Assembly (NCBI GenBank): GCA_017616435.1
Contig: JAFZYC010000045.1
Coordinates: 59,541-123,540 of the forward strand
Direction of reading: 5' to 3'
Source of the DNA: Clostridia bacterium
Lineage (GTDB): Bacteria; Bacillota; Clostridia; Christensenellales; CAG-138
DNA: 64,000 bases
Part shown: piece by piece, positions 1 to 8,028 of the stretch
Numbering within the stretch: the first letter of the stretch is position 1
How the letters are laid out: each line of letters begins with the position of its first letter
Notes under the pieces: model-generated
What the model was told of the DNA's origin: nothing
What the model saw: only the letters and a program-made list of their open reading frames with translations
The model's database searches: none
Program-made: the position numbers and the translations under genes

Positions 1-3000
1 GAACGTTGCGTTCTTCGTTATCGTGACGTTATCCATCTCCCCTATCTCCGCCGTCGCGTAATCATAGTGGTACATATAGGGGGTGATGAAGAGCGCCTCG
101 TAAGCGAAGGGCTCGCGGGTAAGCGTATACCCGGCCTGGCGGCTGTCGCCGTTGAGCACCATGGGATAGCTCTCGCCCGCTCTGGGGGAAGCGGCGGTGA
201 GATCCGAATCCTTAATTGAACCGATATAGCCTTGATTCTGCAGCAGCTGGTAGCTGTTCGTGCCCGTGCCGACAAGATGAACGCCCTTGATCGAGCCGAT
301 AACGCCGCCCTTTTCGAGGTTGCGGACGTATATCTCCACGCGTTTGGTCTCCGTCGAGGCGTCGGCATTGTTCGTGTAGGTGCGGATGTACTCATAGCTC
401 GCGAGCGCGCCTGCGCCGGAATTGAGCAGCGCGTTGTAGTTGGCGGAGATAGTGAGATCCGCGGAATCGATCGCGCCGATATAGCCGTTCGTGTAAATGC
501 CGTAATAGCTGCCGGCGGATATCACGCCCGAAGCGGTGATGGATGTGATCTCGGAAGGCGCGCCGTAGGTCGTCATATTGTGCAGCTGTATGCTGCCGCC
601 CGCCTTATCGCCGTAGGTGTTGACGGTCTTCGCCGTGAACTGGGCGTCGATGTAGACTGCGGAATAGCCGGTCGCGCTGATCTCAACGCTGCCCTCTATG
701 GAACGGATAACGCCGCCCGCGGTATTGCGGAGCGCATAGTTGGAGGCGATCGACTTTGCGTTGTCGGGATGTTTATACGTCTTAATGACGGTATCCCCGC
801 ATATCACGCCTATAACGCCGCCGTTGTTGTATAGCGCGCAGCCGTGATCCGCGGAGGTCGATGTGTTCTCCGCGATTATCGTGCAGCTCTCGATCCTGCC
901 TATCGTCGGGCGGCAGGAATCGTCCTCCTTGTACTCGTCTGTGCGGGTATAGGGCGCGGAGGTAGTATCCGTGCGCCTCCATAGGGAGGTGTCGTACCAC
1001 CAGACGTTGGAGTTGAAAACGGTATAGCACTGCACATTGCCCTGAACATTGGTATCCGCCGTGCCCACGGTATTGACCTGAGCGGAATCGGGATGCGCTA
1101 TGAACGTGGAGCCGCGAAGCTCCGTTATGACGCCGCCGTTGTAGATCGCGTACTGGCCTACGTTGAACAGCGAATCCTTTATGAGCGCTATGCTGCCGAC
1201 CGCCGTCACCGACGCTCCGCCGGAGAATGTATAGGAATTGCCGCGGATATTGCGGTTGTTTATGCCGTAGGCGGTAGCAAACTCGCACCCGTCGACCGCG
1301 CCTATCGTTCCGCCGTAGTTCCATACGCCGTAGCCGCGGTTCGAGCGCAGCGTCGCGCCGTTCAGCTCCGGTATTTTGGAGCTGTGGTTGAGTATGACCG
1401 CGCCGTACGCGTTGATATCCTGCGTTATCACGAGCTCCGCGTCATAGACCCTGAGCGTGCCGCCCGCAGTATTGCGGATGACGCTCGTATAGTTGGTGAG
1501 CGAGGAGTTGTCCTCCGCTGCGTCGGTGATGATCACGCCTCCGCCCGCGGTATCCCTGACGGTCATATCGCCGCCGTTGTTCCAGAGCGCGGATGCTGCG
1601 CGGTAAGCCGTCGAGGCCTCCGCAGCACCGGTATAATACTCCCATGCGCCGCCGTTGAGATCGAGCGTGAGCGCGCCCTTGTTCATTATATGGCCTGCCG
1701 CCCTGTGCCCGTTGAGATCGACCGTGAGGCGGGCTCCTTCGAGCACGGAATAGCCCTGGAGCGGCGATTCCTCTTTGAAGCTGCCGCAGTCGGCGAGCAA
1801 AGTTATCACCGACTCGCCCGAGCCGGGAGCGGCGTTGAAGGCCTCTATGAGCGTGGGATAATACCGGGTCGCGCCGCCGTATGTGAGCGAGGCGACGGAG
1901 CCGGAATAGATGCCGTATATGTAGACCTCGCCTCCCGCGGACGCGCCTGCGGGGACGGTCCCTGTGAAGCAGAGCGAAGAGGCGTTGTTTTCGAGCTTCC
2001 ATGCTATGGAGTTATGGTTTGCCTCCGTAACGCCCATTGCGGAGTCCTGCGGCGCCGAGAGCGCGGAGCCGAACGCCGACGCCTGATCCCTGCGCACGAC
2101 ATAGAAGGTCTCCCCCTCTATCGCGACGGTCTCCGTGAGCTCGCTGCCGGTAAATGTCCTGTACAGCGCGGCGTTCGTCTCATCGAGCACGAACACGGGA
2201 ACGAACTGCGCCGCCGTGCCCGAAAGCGTGACCGTGCTGTTCGCGGTGACGCCCGTGACCGTGACGTTCCCGCCCGATACGGAGGCGGAGCCGTTCGTCG
2301 CGGAGGCGCCGGTGAAGCTCATGCCGCCCGCGCTGTATGTGGATGTGTTCCCCGCGATATAGTCGGTATAGACCGTCGTGCCGTTATAGACGTAATCGAC
2401 CTTGAACTTATACCATTTTTCCGCGTTGGTGCTGTAGAAATACGTGCCCGTGCCGGTCTGGGCGGTCTTGACGTAAGCGTCGTCCGTGCCGGCGTAGCCG
2501 TCGCCGTTCTTGAACTGCGCGGAGGTCACCGAGATCTGATGATAGCTGACGTCGGAGCCCGACTGGGAGGCCTGATAGAGCGTCGCCGTGCCGGTGCTGT
2601 TCATTACTATCTTTCCCGTTCCGCGGGAGCTCGTGATATCGGCTCCGCCCGCGGTGGTGATGAGCTTGCCCGTAACGTTCACTGTGCCGTTGACGTCGAT
2701 ATGGGTATCCTTAAGGTCAGCCGACGTGCGCGTATACGCCCTCGTCGGGGTATAGGGCAGGGGCATGAGGTCGTTGAGGTAGCCGAAGTATTTATCGTAG
2801 CCGTTGGTTGCCTTGCACCACTCGGTGCTGTCGTAGACGAAGAGGTTCACGCCGGAATTGATATTGACCGTCGCGCCTTCGTCAACGGTCACTCGCGCGC
2901 CGGGAAGCAGCTCCGTGGAGTTGGTTATCGTCGTCGTGCCGGAGTGGATATTGATATCTATATTGCTGTTGATGGGAAGTACGTACTTGGACGATGACAG

Positions 3001-4584
3001 GGTAACTATTAGATTGATCGAGATGGCGGAGAGCGATACCGAGCCGTTGATATCGATCGCGAGCCTGTCCTCATGCGGATCGTAGCGTTTCGTCGCCGAG
3101 GCGCCGGAGGACATGTTGAAAAGCGCGCCGGAGCTGCCTATGAACGCGATGTCGTTAACGTCGTTGATCTGCCCGTCGGCAAACAGCGTCGAATCGAGCT
3201 TTTCGGACGAGCCGTACTGGAAAGTGACGGGCGCCTCTATGTTCTGCACATAGTACTGGGACATCGGGAACACCTTCTGGCTGTTGTTGTTCATGCCGGA
3301 AAGCGCCGTGCCGCCGCGGAACTCCGTTATCTGGAAGCACTCCTTGACCGTGGAGCCGCTCTTTGCTGTGATGGCGCCGTCGCCCGTGACATAGCCGTAG
3401 GCGTAGAGGTACGCGCCGCTGTTCAGCGTTATCGAGCTGCCGCCGAGCATATCGATCCTGCCGTAGGGGCCGATGACGCCGCCGCCGACCGTCTGGCCGC
3501 CGCCGCTCATGGAGAATGCCTCCGCGGCGACGCTTATGCTGCCGCTGACGGTGATGGCCGCGCCGTTTGCGAGGGTGAGGCAGCGGAACTCGCGCGGGGT
3601 CGAATACGTGCGCTCCGAGCTCGTTTTGATCGACGTTACGAGCGTGTGCGCGGCGTTATAGGGTATGAGGAGCGTGACTCCGGAGGATATCGTGTAGCTG
3701 CCGGAAGCAAGCGTGCCGCTGTTGACGAGCACTATCTGCTTTGTCGAAGCGGACGCCGCCGCGGTGTTCGCCGCGTTGAGATCGGTATAATACGTGCTGC
3801 CGACCATGAACAGCGCGTTGCCCGCGGGTATGAACTTAGGCTGCAGGGTGATATTGCTGTCTATATTGAGAGAAGCGGGGTTGTCGGCGCTTATGCACCT
3901 GTTGCTGTTCGTCGTATCGATCCAGCCGTAGAAAGCGTAGCCGCTGTCGGGGAAAGCCTCGAGCTCGTAGGGGATCGTCGAGAGCTGAGTCCTTGTTACG
4001 GAGGAAGTGACCGCCGATCCGTCGAGCGTGAACGAGCCGTGCTCGCCGGGAACGAACGTGACCGTGGCGTTGACGGGGACGACCTCGAGCGTGATGTTCG
4101 TGAGCCTTACGCCCACGCCGGTATTATAGCCGTTCGCGTTGCCGGAGGCGGTTATCGCGACGGTCGTGGAGCCGCCGGCCGCGACCTCCACCGCCCTCGT
4201 GCCGCTCGTTCCGCTCATTGTTGTCCCGCCTATCTTGAGCGTGCCGTAGGTCGGATCGACGCTCCACGACATGGAGATGCTGACCTTCGCGTTGAAGTTG
4301 TTTGTGAGCGTGAGCGTTCCCGTCACGGCATTGTAATTATCGCAGGAGTCCTTTGAGGCCTTTACAGTGCCCCTGATCGCGCCGACGCCGGTCACGCTCC
4401 ACGTGCCCGCGTCGTAGCTCGCCGAAAGGCCTTCGACGCCGTGCCCCGAAAGCGCCGTCCTGACTGGCGCAGGCGGATCGACCCTGCCCGCCGCCTCCGC
4501 GAGGACGCTCTGCGGGATGAGGCCCATTATAAGTATCGCGCTGAGTATAAGTGCGAAAAATCTCTTAATTATTCTGTCTGTCAC
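1..4584 (-). CDS. Giant secreted repeat protein. Only the 5' part is in the window (at least 1528 codons; the C-terminus lies left of nt 1). It has a Sec signal peptide, a Listeria-Bacteroides-type repeat (GYxFxGW), then a long parallel-beta-helix-like region with PMP-like N-x-GG-x-I/L repeats
   Basis: It is absent from the ORF track because it has no stop inside the window. The minus frame opens at GTG 4584-4582 with GAGGT 7 nt upstream. I translated it by hand down to nt 1 without meeting a stop, and no other minus ORF is listed in that frame. N-terminus: VTDRIIKRFFALILSAILIMGLIPQSVLAEAAG. Later motifs: GYAFYGW, LWNNGGDM, IRNTAGGTL, IYNGGVI, LYNNGGVIG, LRNTAGGVI. Confidence 0.85.
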   Translation of the reverse strand, partial: MTDRIIKRFFALILSAILIMGLIPQSVLAEAAGRVDPPAPVRTALSGHGVEGLSASYDAGTWSVTGVGAIRGTVKASKDSCDNYNAVTGTLTLTNNFNAKVSISMSWSVDPTYGTLKIGGTTMSGTSGTRAVEVAAGGSTTVAITASGNANGYNTGVGVRLTNITLEVVPVNATVTFVPGEHGSFTLDGSAVTSSVTRTQLSTIPYELEAFPDSGYAFYGWIDTTNSNRCISADNPASLNIDSNITLQPKFIPAGNALFMVGSTYYTDLNAANTAAASASTKQIVLVNSGTLASGSYTISSGVTLLIPYNAAHTLVTSIKTSSERTYSTPREFRCLTLANGAAITVSGSISVAAEAFSMSGGGQTVGGGVIGPYGRIDMLGGSSITLNSGAYLYAYGYVTGDGAITAKSGSTVKECFQITEFRGGTALSGMNNNSQKVFPMSQYYVQNIEAPVTFQYGSSEKLDSTLFADGQINDVNDIAFIGSSGALFNMSSGASATKRYDPHEDRLAIDINGSVSLSAISINLIVTLSSSKYVLPINSNIDINIHSGTTTITNSTELLPGARVTVDEGATVNINSGVNLFVYDSTEWCKATNGYDKYFGYLNDLMPLPYTPTRAYTRTSADLKDTHIDVNGTVNVTGKLITTAGGADITSSRGTGKIVMNSTGTATLYQASQSGSDVSYHQISVTSAQFKNGDGYAGTDDAYVKTAQTGTGTYFYSTNAEKWYKFKVDYVYNGTTVYTDYIAGNTSTYSAGGMSFTGASATNGSASVSGGNVTVTGVTANSTVTLSGTAAQFVPVFVLDETNAALYRTFTGSELTETVAIEGETFYVVRRDQASAFGSALSAPQDSAMGVTEANHNSIAWKLENNASSLCFTGTVPAGASAGGEVYIYGIYSGSVASLTYGGATRYYPTLIEAFNAAPGSGESVITLLADCGSFKEESPLQGYSVLEGARLTVDLNGHRAAGHIMNKGALTLDLNGGAWEYYTGAAEASTAYRAASALWNNGGDMTVRDTAGGGVIITDAAEDNSSLTNYTSVIRNTAGGTLRVYDAELVITQDINAYGAVILNHSSKIPELNGATLRSNRGYGVWNYGGTIGAVDGCEFATAYGINNRNIRGNSYTFSGGASVTAVGSIALIKDSLFNVGQYAIYNGGVITELRGSTFIAHPDSAQVNTVGTADTNVQGNVQCYTVFNSNVWWYDTSLWRRTDTTSAPYTRTDEYKEDDSCRPTIGRIESCTIIAENTSTSADHGCALYNNGGVIGVICGDTVIKTYKHPDNAKSIASNYALRNTAGGVIRSIEGSVEISATGYSAVYIDAQFTAKTVNTYGDKAGGSIQLHNMTTYGAPSEITSITASGVISAGSYYGIYTNGYIGAIDSADLTISANYNALLNSGAGALASYEYIRTYTNNADASTETKRVEIYVRNLEKGGVIGSIKGVHLVGTGTNSYQLLQNQGYIGSIKDSDLTAASPRAGESYPMVLNGDSRQAGYTLTREPFAYEALFITPYMYHYDYATAEIGEMDNVTITKNATF

Positions 4585-4589
4585 GTCGA

Positions 4590-5282
4590 TTACCTCGCTT
4601 TTTTCGAAGTGTGCTTTTGCGATCTGCGCCGGATCTCGAAGAGAATGCTGAGCCCGAGCAGCAGAGAGAGCATCGCCCAAACGTGGGAGAGGTGGAAAAC
4701 TCCGGCGAAAGTCCGGGATTCCCGGAAGAACTCGCACACGAAGCGGAAAGCTCCGTATGCGATCATGAATATCGGCCACGCCGTGCCCCGTCCGCGCTCC
4801 TTCAGTATCCGCGGTATCATCACCGCGAGGAACGCCGCGTAGAACACGAGCTCCGCCTCACGCGTGGGCCAGCGGGCCGCGCCGCCGGGCATGTACGTCC
4901 CGAGGCAGCAGCCGGTCAGTATGCAGCTGATCCTCGCGCAGAAGAGCGTGAGCACGACGGGCGGGGTCATGCAGTCGAACACGTCGGCCGCTTTCCTTTT
5001 GAAGAGCTTCCCCGCGGCAAGATACGCGAGCGGCAGTATGAGCACCGCCCCGAACAGGCTCTGCTTTGAGAAGGCGGAAAAGTCGAAGCCCGCCTCTATC
5101 ACCGCGAAAAGCTTTACCGACAGCACGCCCAAAGCCATGTTGAGCGCCGCTGTCAGCGCAGCGGCGTACCATTTTATCCCGAGGCGCCGCCTTACGGCCA
5201 TAAGCCACGCGAAGGTGAGCGCTGTCGCCAACGCGAGCAGCAGGAGGAGCGGATGCTCCTTGATCCATCCCGTGATGAGCAT
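4590..5282 (-). CDS. Prolipoprotein diacylglyceryl transferase (Lgt) family paralogue, short (230 aa)
   Basis: Polytopic membrane protein. AYGAFRFVCEFFRES matches E. coli Lgt GYGAFRIIVEFFRQP, and RWPTREAELVFY resembles RHPSQLYE. RBS is GGAAGGAAG. The stop lies 5 nt before the GTG of the beta-helix gene. Confidence 0.7.
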   Translation of the reverse strand: MLITGWIKEHPLLLLLALATALTFAWLMAVRRRLGIKWYAAALTAALNMALGVLSVKLFAVIEAGFDFSAFSKQSLFGAVLILPLAYLAAGKLFKRKAADVFDCMTPPVVLTLFCARISCILTGCCLGTYMPGGAARWPTREAELVFYAAFLAVMIPRILKERGRGTAWPIFMIAYGAFRFVCEFFRESRTFAGVFHLSHVWAMLSLLLGLSILFEIRRRSQKHTSKKAR

Positions 5283-5309
5283 AGTCTTCCTTCCCTTTTA
5301 AGTGAACAA

Positions 5310-5361
5310 AACGATACTTCCTTCTGCAGCTTGATGGGAGCTGTCAGGGAGAAGTATCGTT
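5310..5361 (-). terminator. Hairpin between the PTEE-repeat gene and the Lgt-like gene; possible partial terminator or attenuator
   Basis: 11-bp arms aacgatacttc (5310-5320) and gaagtatcgtt (5351-5361). On the minus strand a short T-rich tract (ttgtt) follows. The loop is long (29 nt). Confidence 0.3.
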
Positions 5362-5423
5362 GTTTGCGTTCCCCAGCTTGTTATGTTTGCATTGCTGCGG
5401 GCTCCCGTCAGGCTCCGGCCGGG

Positions 5424-5831
5424 TCAGTTCCTCCCGGCGGCGTCATCCGTGGGCTCGGGAGTGGGCTCCTCGGTCGGCTCCTCGGTCGGCTCCTCGGTGG
5501 GTTCCTCGGTCGGTTCCTCCGTGGGCTCCGGCGTGGGCTCTTCGGTGGGCTCGGCGGTGGGTTCCTCGGTCGGCGCCTCCGTCGGCTCCTCCGCGGGAGC
5601 TTCGGTGGGGGCCTCCGTCACCTTTGCGGGGGCTTCGGTGGGAGCCGCGGTCGGCGCCTCGGTAGGCGCGTCCTTGGCATTGCCCGGTATCACGAGCGTG
5701 CCGGGCACGGATATCTTTTTGGCGTATTTCGCGGCGACGCCCACGCCCGCGGCAACGACCGCGAGGGCGAGCAGCACCATGAGCACGCGGAATACCGCTC
5801 TCTTTGAAATCTTGTTATTGGATCCCTGCAT
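5424..5831 (-). CDS. Membrane-anchored protein with a long acidic Pro-Thr-Glu (PTEE/PTEA) repeat tail
   Basis: 135 aa with a GAGGAGG RBS. One N-terminal TM segment (VFRVLMVLLALAVVAAGVGVAA) is followed by about 90 aa of PTEAPT/PTEEPT repeats. Confidence 0.75.
   Translation of the reverse strand: MQGSNNKISKRAVFRVLMVLLALAVVAAGVGVAAKYAKKISVPGTLVIPGNAKDAPTEAPTAAPTEAPAKVTEAPTEAPAEEPTEAPTEEPTAEPTEEPTPEPTEEPTEEPTEEPTEEPTEEPTPEPTDDAAGRN
5449..5668. repeat. Imperfect 12-bp tandem repeat array (ggctcctcggtc and variants) encoding the PTEE repeats
   Basis: Direct reading of lines 5401-5700 shows consecutive units ggctcctcggtc / ggttcctcggtc / ggctcttcggtg and similar. The array lies inside CDS 5424-5831. 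Confidence 0.85.
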
Positions 5832-5843
5832 AGCCTATCCTCC

Positions 5844-6332
5844 TCAGCCGATCTGCGTGAAGGTCACGTCCGCGGTGAACGCGATCTCGGTCTCGGCGTC
5901 GCTTTCGATGCTTCCGGCGTCGATCTGAACGGTAAGCTCGATCGGCCCGTCGGCTTCGGGCCCGATGGTTCCGACGTTTTCGAATACTGCCTCGCCGTCC
6001 CTGACGGTCTTCCACTCGCCGCCTATCATGGCCCGGATACCGTCGTATTCAGTGCCGAATACGAGCGTTACGGAGTAGGAGACGGGGACCTTTGAATCGT
6101 TCTCGAGCCTGAGCGTATAGACCGCGGTCTCGGTCTCCCCGACGGTCATCTCCTTTTCGACGAAGCTCGCGCTGACATTGAAGGAAGCCGCATGGGCCTT
6201 ATCCCCGCCCGCGGCGGTCGACATGAACCTTGCCATCATACCGGAGGACAGGCAGGATGTGATAACGGCAAGACATACTATAAGTATGCCGATATCCAAC
6301 CATATCCCCTTAGATACTTTTCCATGCTTCAT
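5844..6332 (-). CDS. Small secreted TasA/camelysin-like beta-rich protein (putative minor subunit)
   Basis: 162 aa with a GGAGGT RBS. The N-terminal signal anchor contains ITSC followed by SSGMMARFMST. The C-terminal strand DVTFTQIG resembles the ATATQID end of 8029-8937. Confidence 0.65.
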   Translation of the reverse strand: MKHGKVSKGIWLDIGILIVCLAVITSCLSSGMMARFMSTAAGGDKAHAASFNVSASFVEKEMTVGETETAVYTLRLENDSKVPVSYSVTLVFGTEYDGIRAMIGGEWKTVRDGEAVFENVGTIGPEADGPIELTVQIDAGSIESDAETEIAFTADVTFTQIG

Positions 6333-6369
6333 AAGCTACCTCCGTCTATGCAAACCGATTGCCGAAGTA

Positions 6370-6990
6370 TTATTCCAAGCTGTTGTTCCCGCCCGCGGCG
6401 GCTTCGAGCCTTTCCTTAAGCTCCTCTATCTGCTGTTCGAGCAGGCTTTCGGTGACGTCCTCCTGCCCCTCCTTCCCCTTTGCCCTTACGGAAAGGAAGA
6501 AGAGCGTGAATATGAACACGAGCACCATTATCAGCCCGGGGACGGTCTTTATGAACCTTGCCGCGGCGCCGATATAAGGAACTGCGAACGCGACCTTGCC
6601 CCTTATCCTCGATATAGTGAAGGGCGGATCCTCCGTATTGTTCGCGTCGCCCTTGGCGGTGACGACGCCGGCCTCACGGTCGATCTCCGTCACGCGGTGC
6701 ACCACGGGCGTACCGCCCGTCTGGTAGACGATTATGTCCCCGACGGAGTACTCCTTCGCCTTGACGGCGATAATTAGATCGTTCTCGCTGAGCGTGGGCT
6801 CCATGCTCCCCGTGAGCACCACTCCCGCGCCGAAGCCCAAGGGCATCGGCATCGAGTCGCCCTTTATCATCCTTGCCCCGAGGCTGAATACGCAGCAGTA
6901 GATCACGAGCGCCGCTATAATTGCGGCTATGATCTTGCCTGTCTTTCCGCTCTTGGCGCGGCGGGGTCTTCTGCGTACTATCTTGCTCAT
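6370..6990 (-). CDS. sipW: Signal peptidase I, SipW (archaeal/ER S26B) type
   Basis: 206 aa. TGSMEPT (Ser), VVHRV (His) and KGDANNTED parallel B. subtilis SipW SGSMEPT / THRI / KGDNN. It has N- and C-terminal TM segments and a C-terminal coiled-coil tail (LEQQIEELKERLEAA). Confidence 0.8.
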   Translation of the reverse strand: MSKIVRRRPRRAKSGKTGKIIAAIIAALVIYCCVFSLGARMIKGDSMPMPLGFGAGVVLTGSMEPTLSENDLIIAVKAKEYSVGDIIVYQTGGTPVVHRVTEIDREAGVVTAKGDANNTEDPPFTISRIRGKVAFAVPYIGAAARFIKTVPGLIMVLVFIFTLFFLSVRAKGKEGQEDVTESLLEQQIEELKERLEAAAGGNNSLE

Positions 6991-7032
6991 GCTGCCTCCG
7001 GGCGGCGGGCGTTCCCGCTTTGGGGAGCGCCG

Positions 7033-7857
7033 TTACTCTGCGGCTCTCTTTTCGGCCCTGTTGTCCTGTACGCGCCTTATTATCGCGAATACGAGCACGA
7101 CTGCGCTTATCCCGATCAGCACGAGGCCCCATGTCAGCATCGGGTTGCCGCCGGTAACGGGCGGCTGAGGTCCGGGCGGGATGGGCCCGTCCTCGCCCTC
7201 TATGACGATGTAGAAGCCGAGGACCGCGTCGTCCGCCTCCTCCCACGCGGCCTTGTTGCCGAGGTAGGTGTCGAGGGAGTCGTATTCGTAGATGCCGGGC
7301 TCGACCTCATCGCCGCGCTCGAAAGTCCAGAACCAGTCGATATTGAAATCCTGTATCGCCTTGCTGTCGACGGTGCCGGTGACGGCCCTCAATACCTGGT
7401 CGCGGGTCACTCCCTCGGGCAGGGGGTATTCGTCCGTCGGCGAGGAGCCGGGAGCTTCCATATCCGCCTCTATCGGGAGAATGTCCGATTCCTTTTTCAT
7501 GTAAGCCAGCGCGATGTATGTGATCTTGTCGCCGCTGTCGTTCTTGAGCCTTATCAAGGTCTCGAGCTCAGTGCCGGGAGCGAATACGTTATCCTCGTTC
7601 TCGGACTGCACGTTCTGATAATAGCGGGAGAAGAAGGAGAGCTCCGCGATGCCGTTGTCCTGAACGGGGGTGTTCGCATCCCACGTGAGCTTCTCGTCGG
7701 CGAACGTCAAGAGATGGTCGGGGCTTTCGGCCCTGCCCGCGTAGGTGAGCATGAGTATGAGCGGAAGCGTTATCACTTCGAGTATAAAGAGTATCAGAAC
7801 AGTCGGAAGCAGCCATCTGTTCTTTCTTTTTTCTGTCATGCGCTTTTCTCCCTTCAT
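7033..7857 (-). CDS. TasA/camelysin-like secreted protein carrying a C-terminal (S/P)PXTG-type cell-wall sorting signal
   Basis: The track start is 7857, but the second ATG at 7839 has an AAGGGAGA RBS and is the more likely start. It is paralogous to 8029-8937 (NVFAPGTE vs NVVAPGTH; DWFWTFERGDE..DTYLGN vs LEWTWSFENNDD..DTYIGN). The C-terminus reads PQPPVTGG, then a hydrophobic stretch NPMLTWGLVLIGISAVVLVFAII, then a basic tail RRVQDNR. Confidence 0.75.
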   Translation of the reverse strand: MKGEKRMTEKRKNRWLLPTVLILFILEVITLPLILMLTYAGRAESPDHLLTFADEKLTWDANTPVQDNGIAELSFFSRYYQNVQSENEDNVFAPGTELETLIRLKNDSGDKITYIALAYMKKESDILPIEADMEAPGSSPTDEYPLPEGVTRDQVLRAVTGTVDSKAIQDFNIDWFWTFERGDEVEPGIYEYDSLDTYLGNKAAWEEADDAVLGFYIVIEGEDGPIPPGPQPPVTGGNPMLTWGLVLIGISAVVLVFAIIRRVQDNRAEKRAAE

Positions 7858-7964
7858 ATCCGGCTTGATGCGCCGGGAGTTTCACGCGGGGAAGTGCGGC
7901 CCCGCACTGTCGGTACATACCGAGCAGCCCCATTTTTTACGGGCTCTTCGGTATGGGCCGAAAT

Positions 7965-7993
7965 CCGGTCCGCCCGCCACGTGGGCGGACCGG
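7965..7993 (-). terminator. Strong GC hairpin just downstream of the putative major-subunit gene; possible partial terminator or mRNA stabiliser
   Basis: Arms ccggtccgccc (7965-7975) and gggcggaccgg (7983-7993). Only a short ttt follows on the minus strand. Confidence 0.35.
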
Positions 7994-8028
7994 GAAATCA
8001 TAAGATCAATTTCTCGCCTGCAGTGCGA

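Noticed and set aside
1093-4356. Long plus-strand ORFs 1093-2997 (634 aa) and 3073-4356 (427 aa)
   Set aside because: The translations are Arg/Ala/Gly-rich with no motifs. They lie antisense to a far more convincing open frame that has an RBS and a signal peptide, and are typical high-GC shadow ORFs.
5449-5668. Possible CRISPR-like or regulatory repeat array
   Set aside because: The units are 12 bp, contiguous with no spacers, and lie in frame inside a CDS. This is a coding tandem repeat.
5360-5928. Plus-strand ORFs with GSSV/PRSA repeats across the 12-bp repeat array
   Set aside because: They are alternative-frame readings of the same tandem repeat. Only the minus-strand frame has an RBS, a TM anchor and fits the operon orientation.
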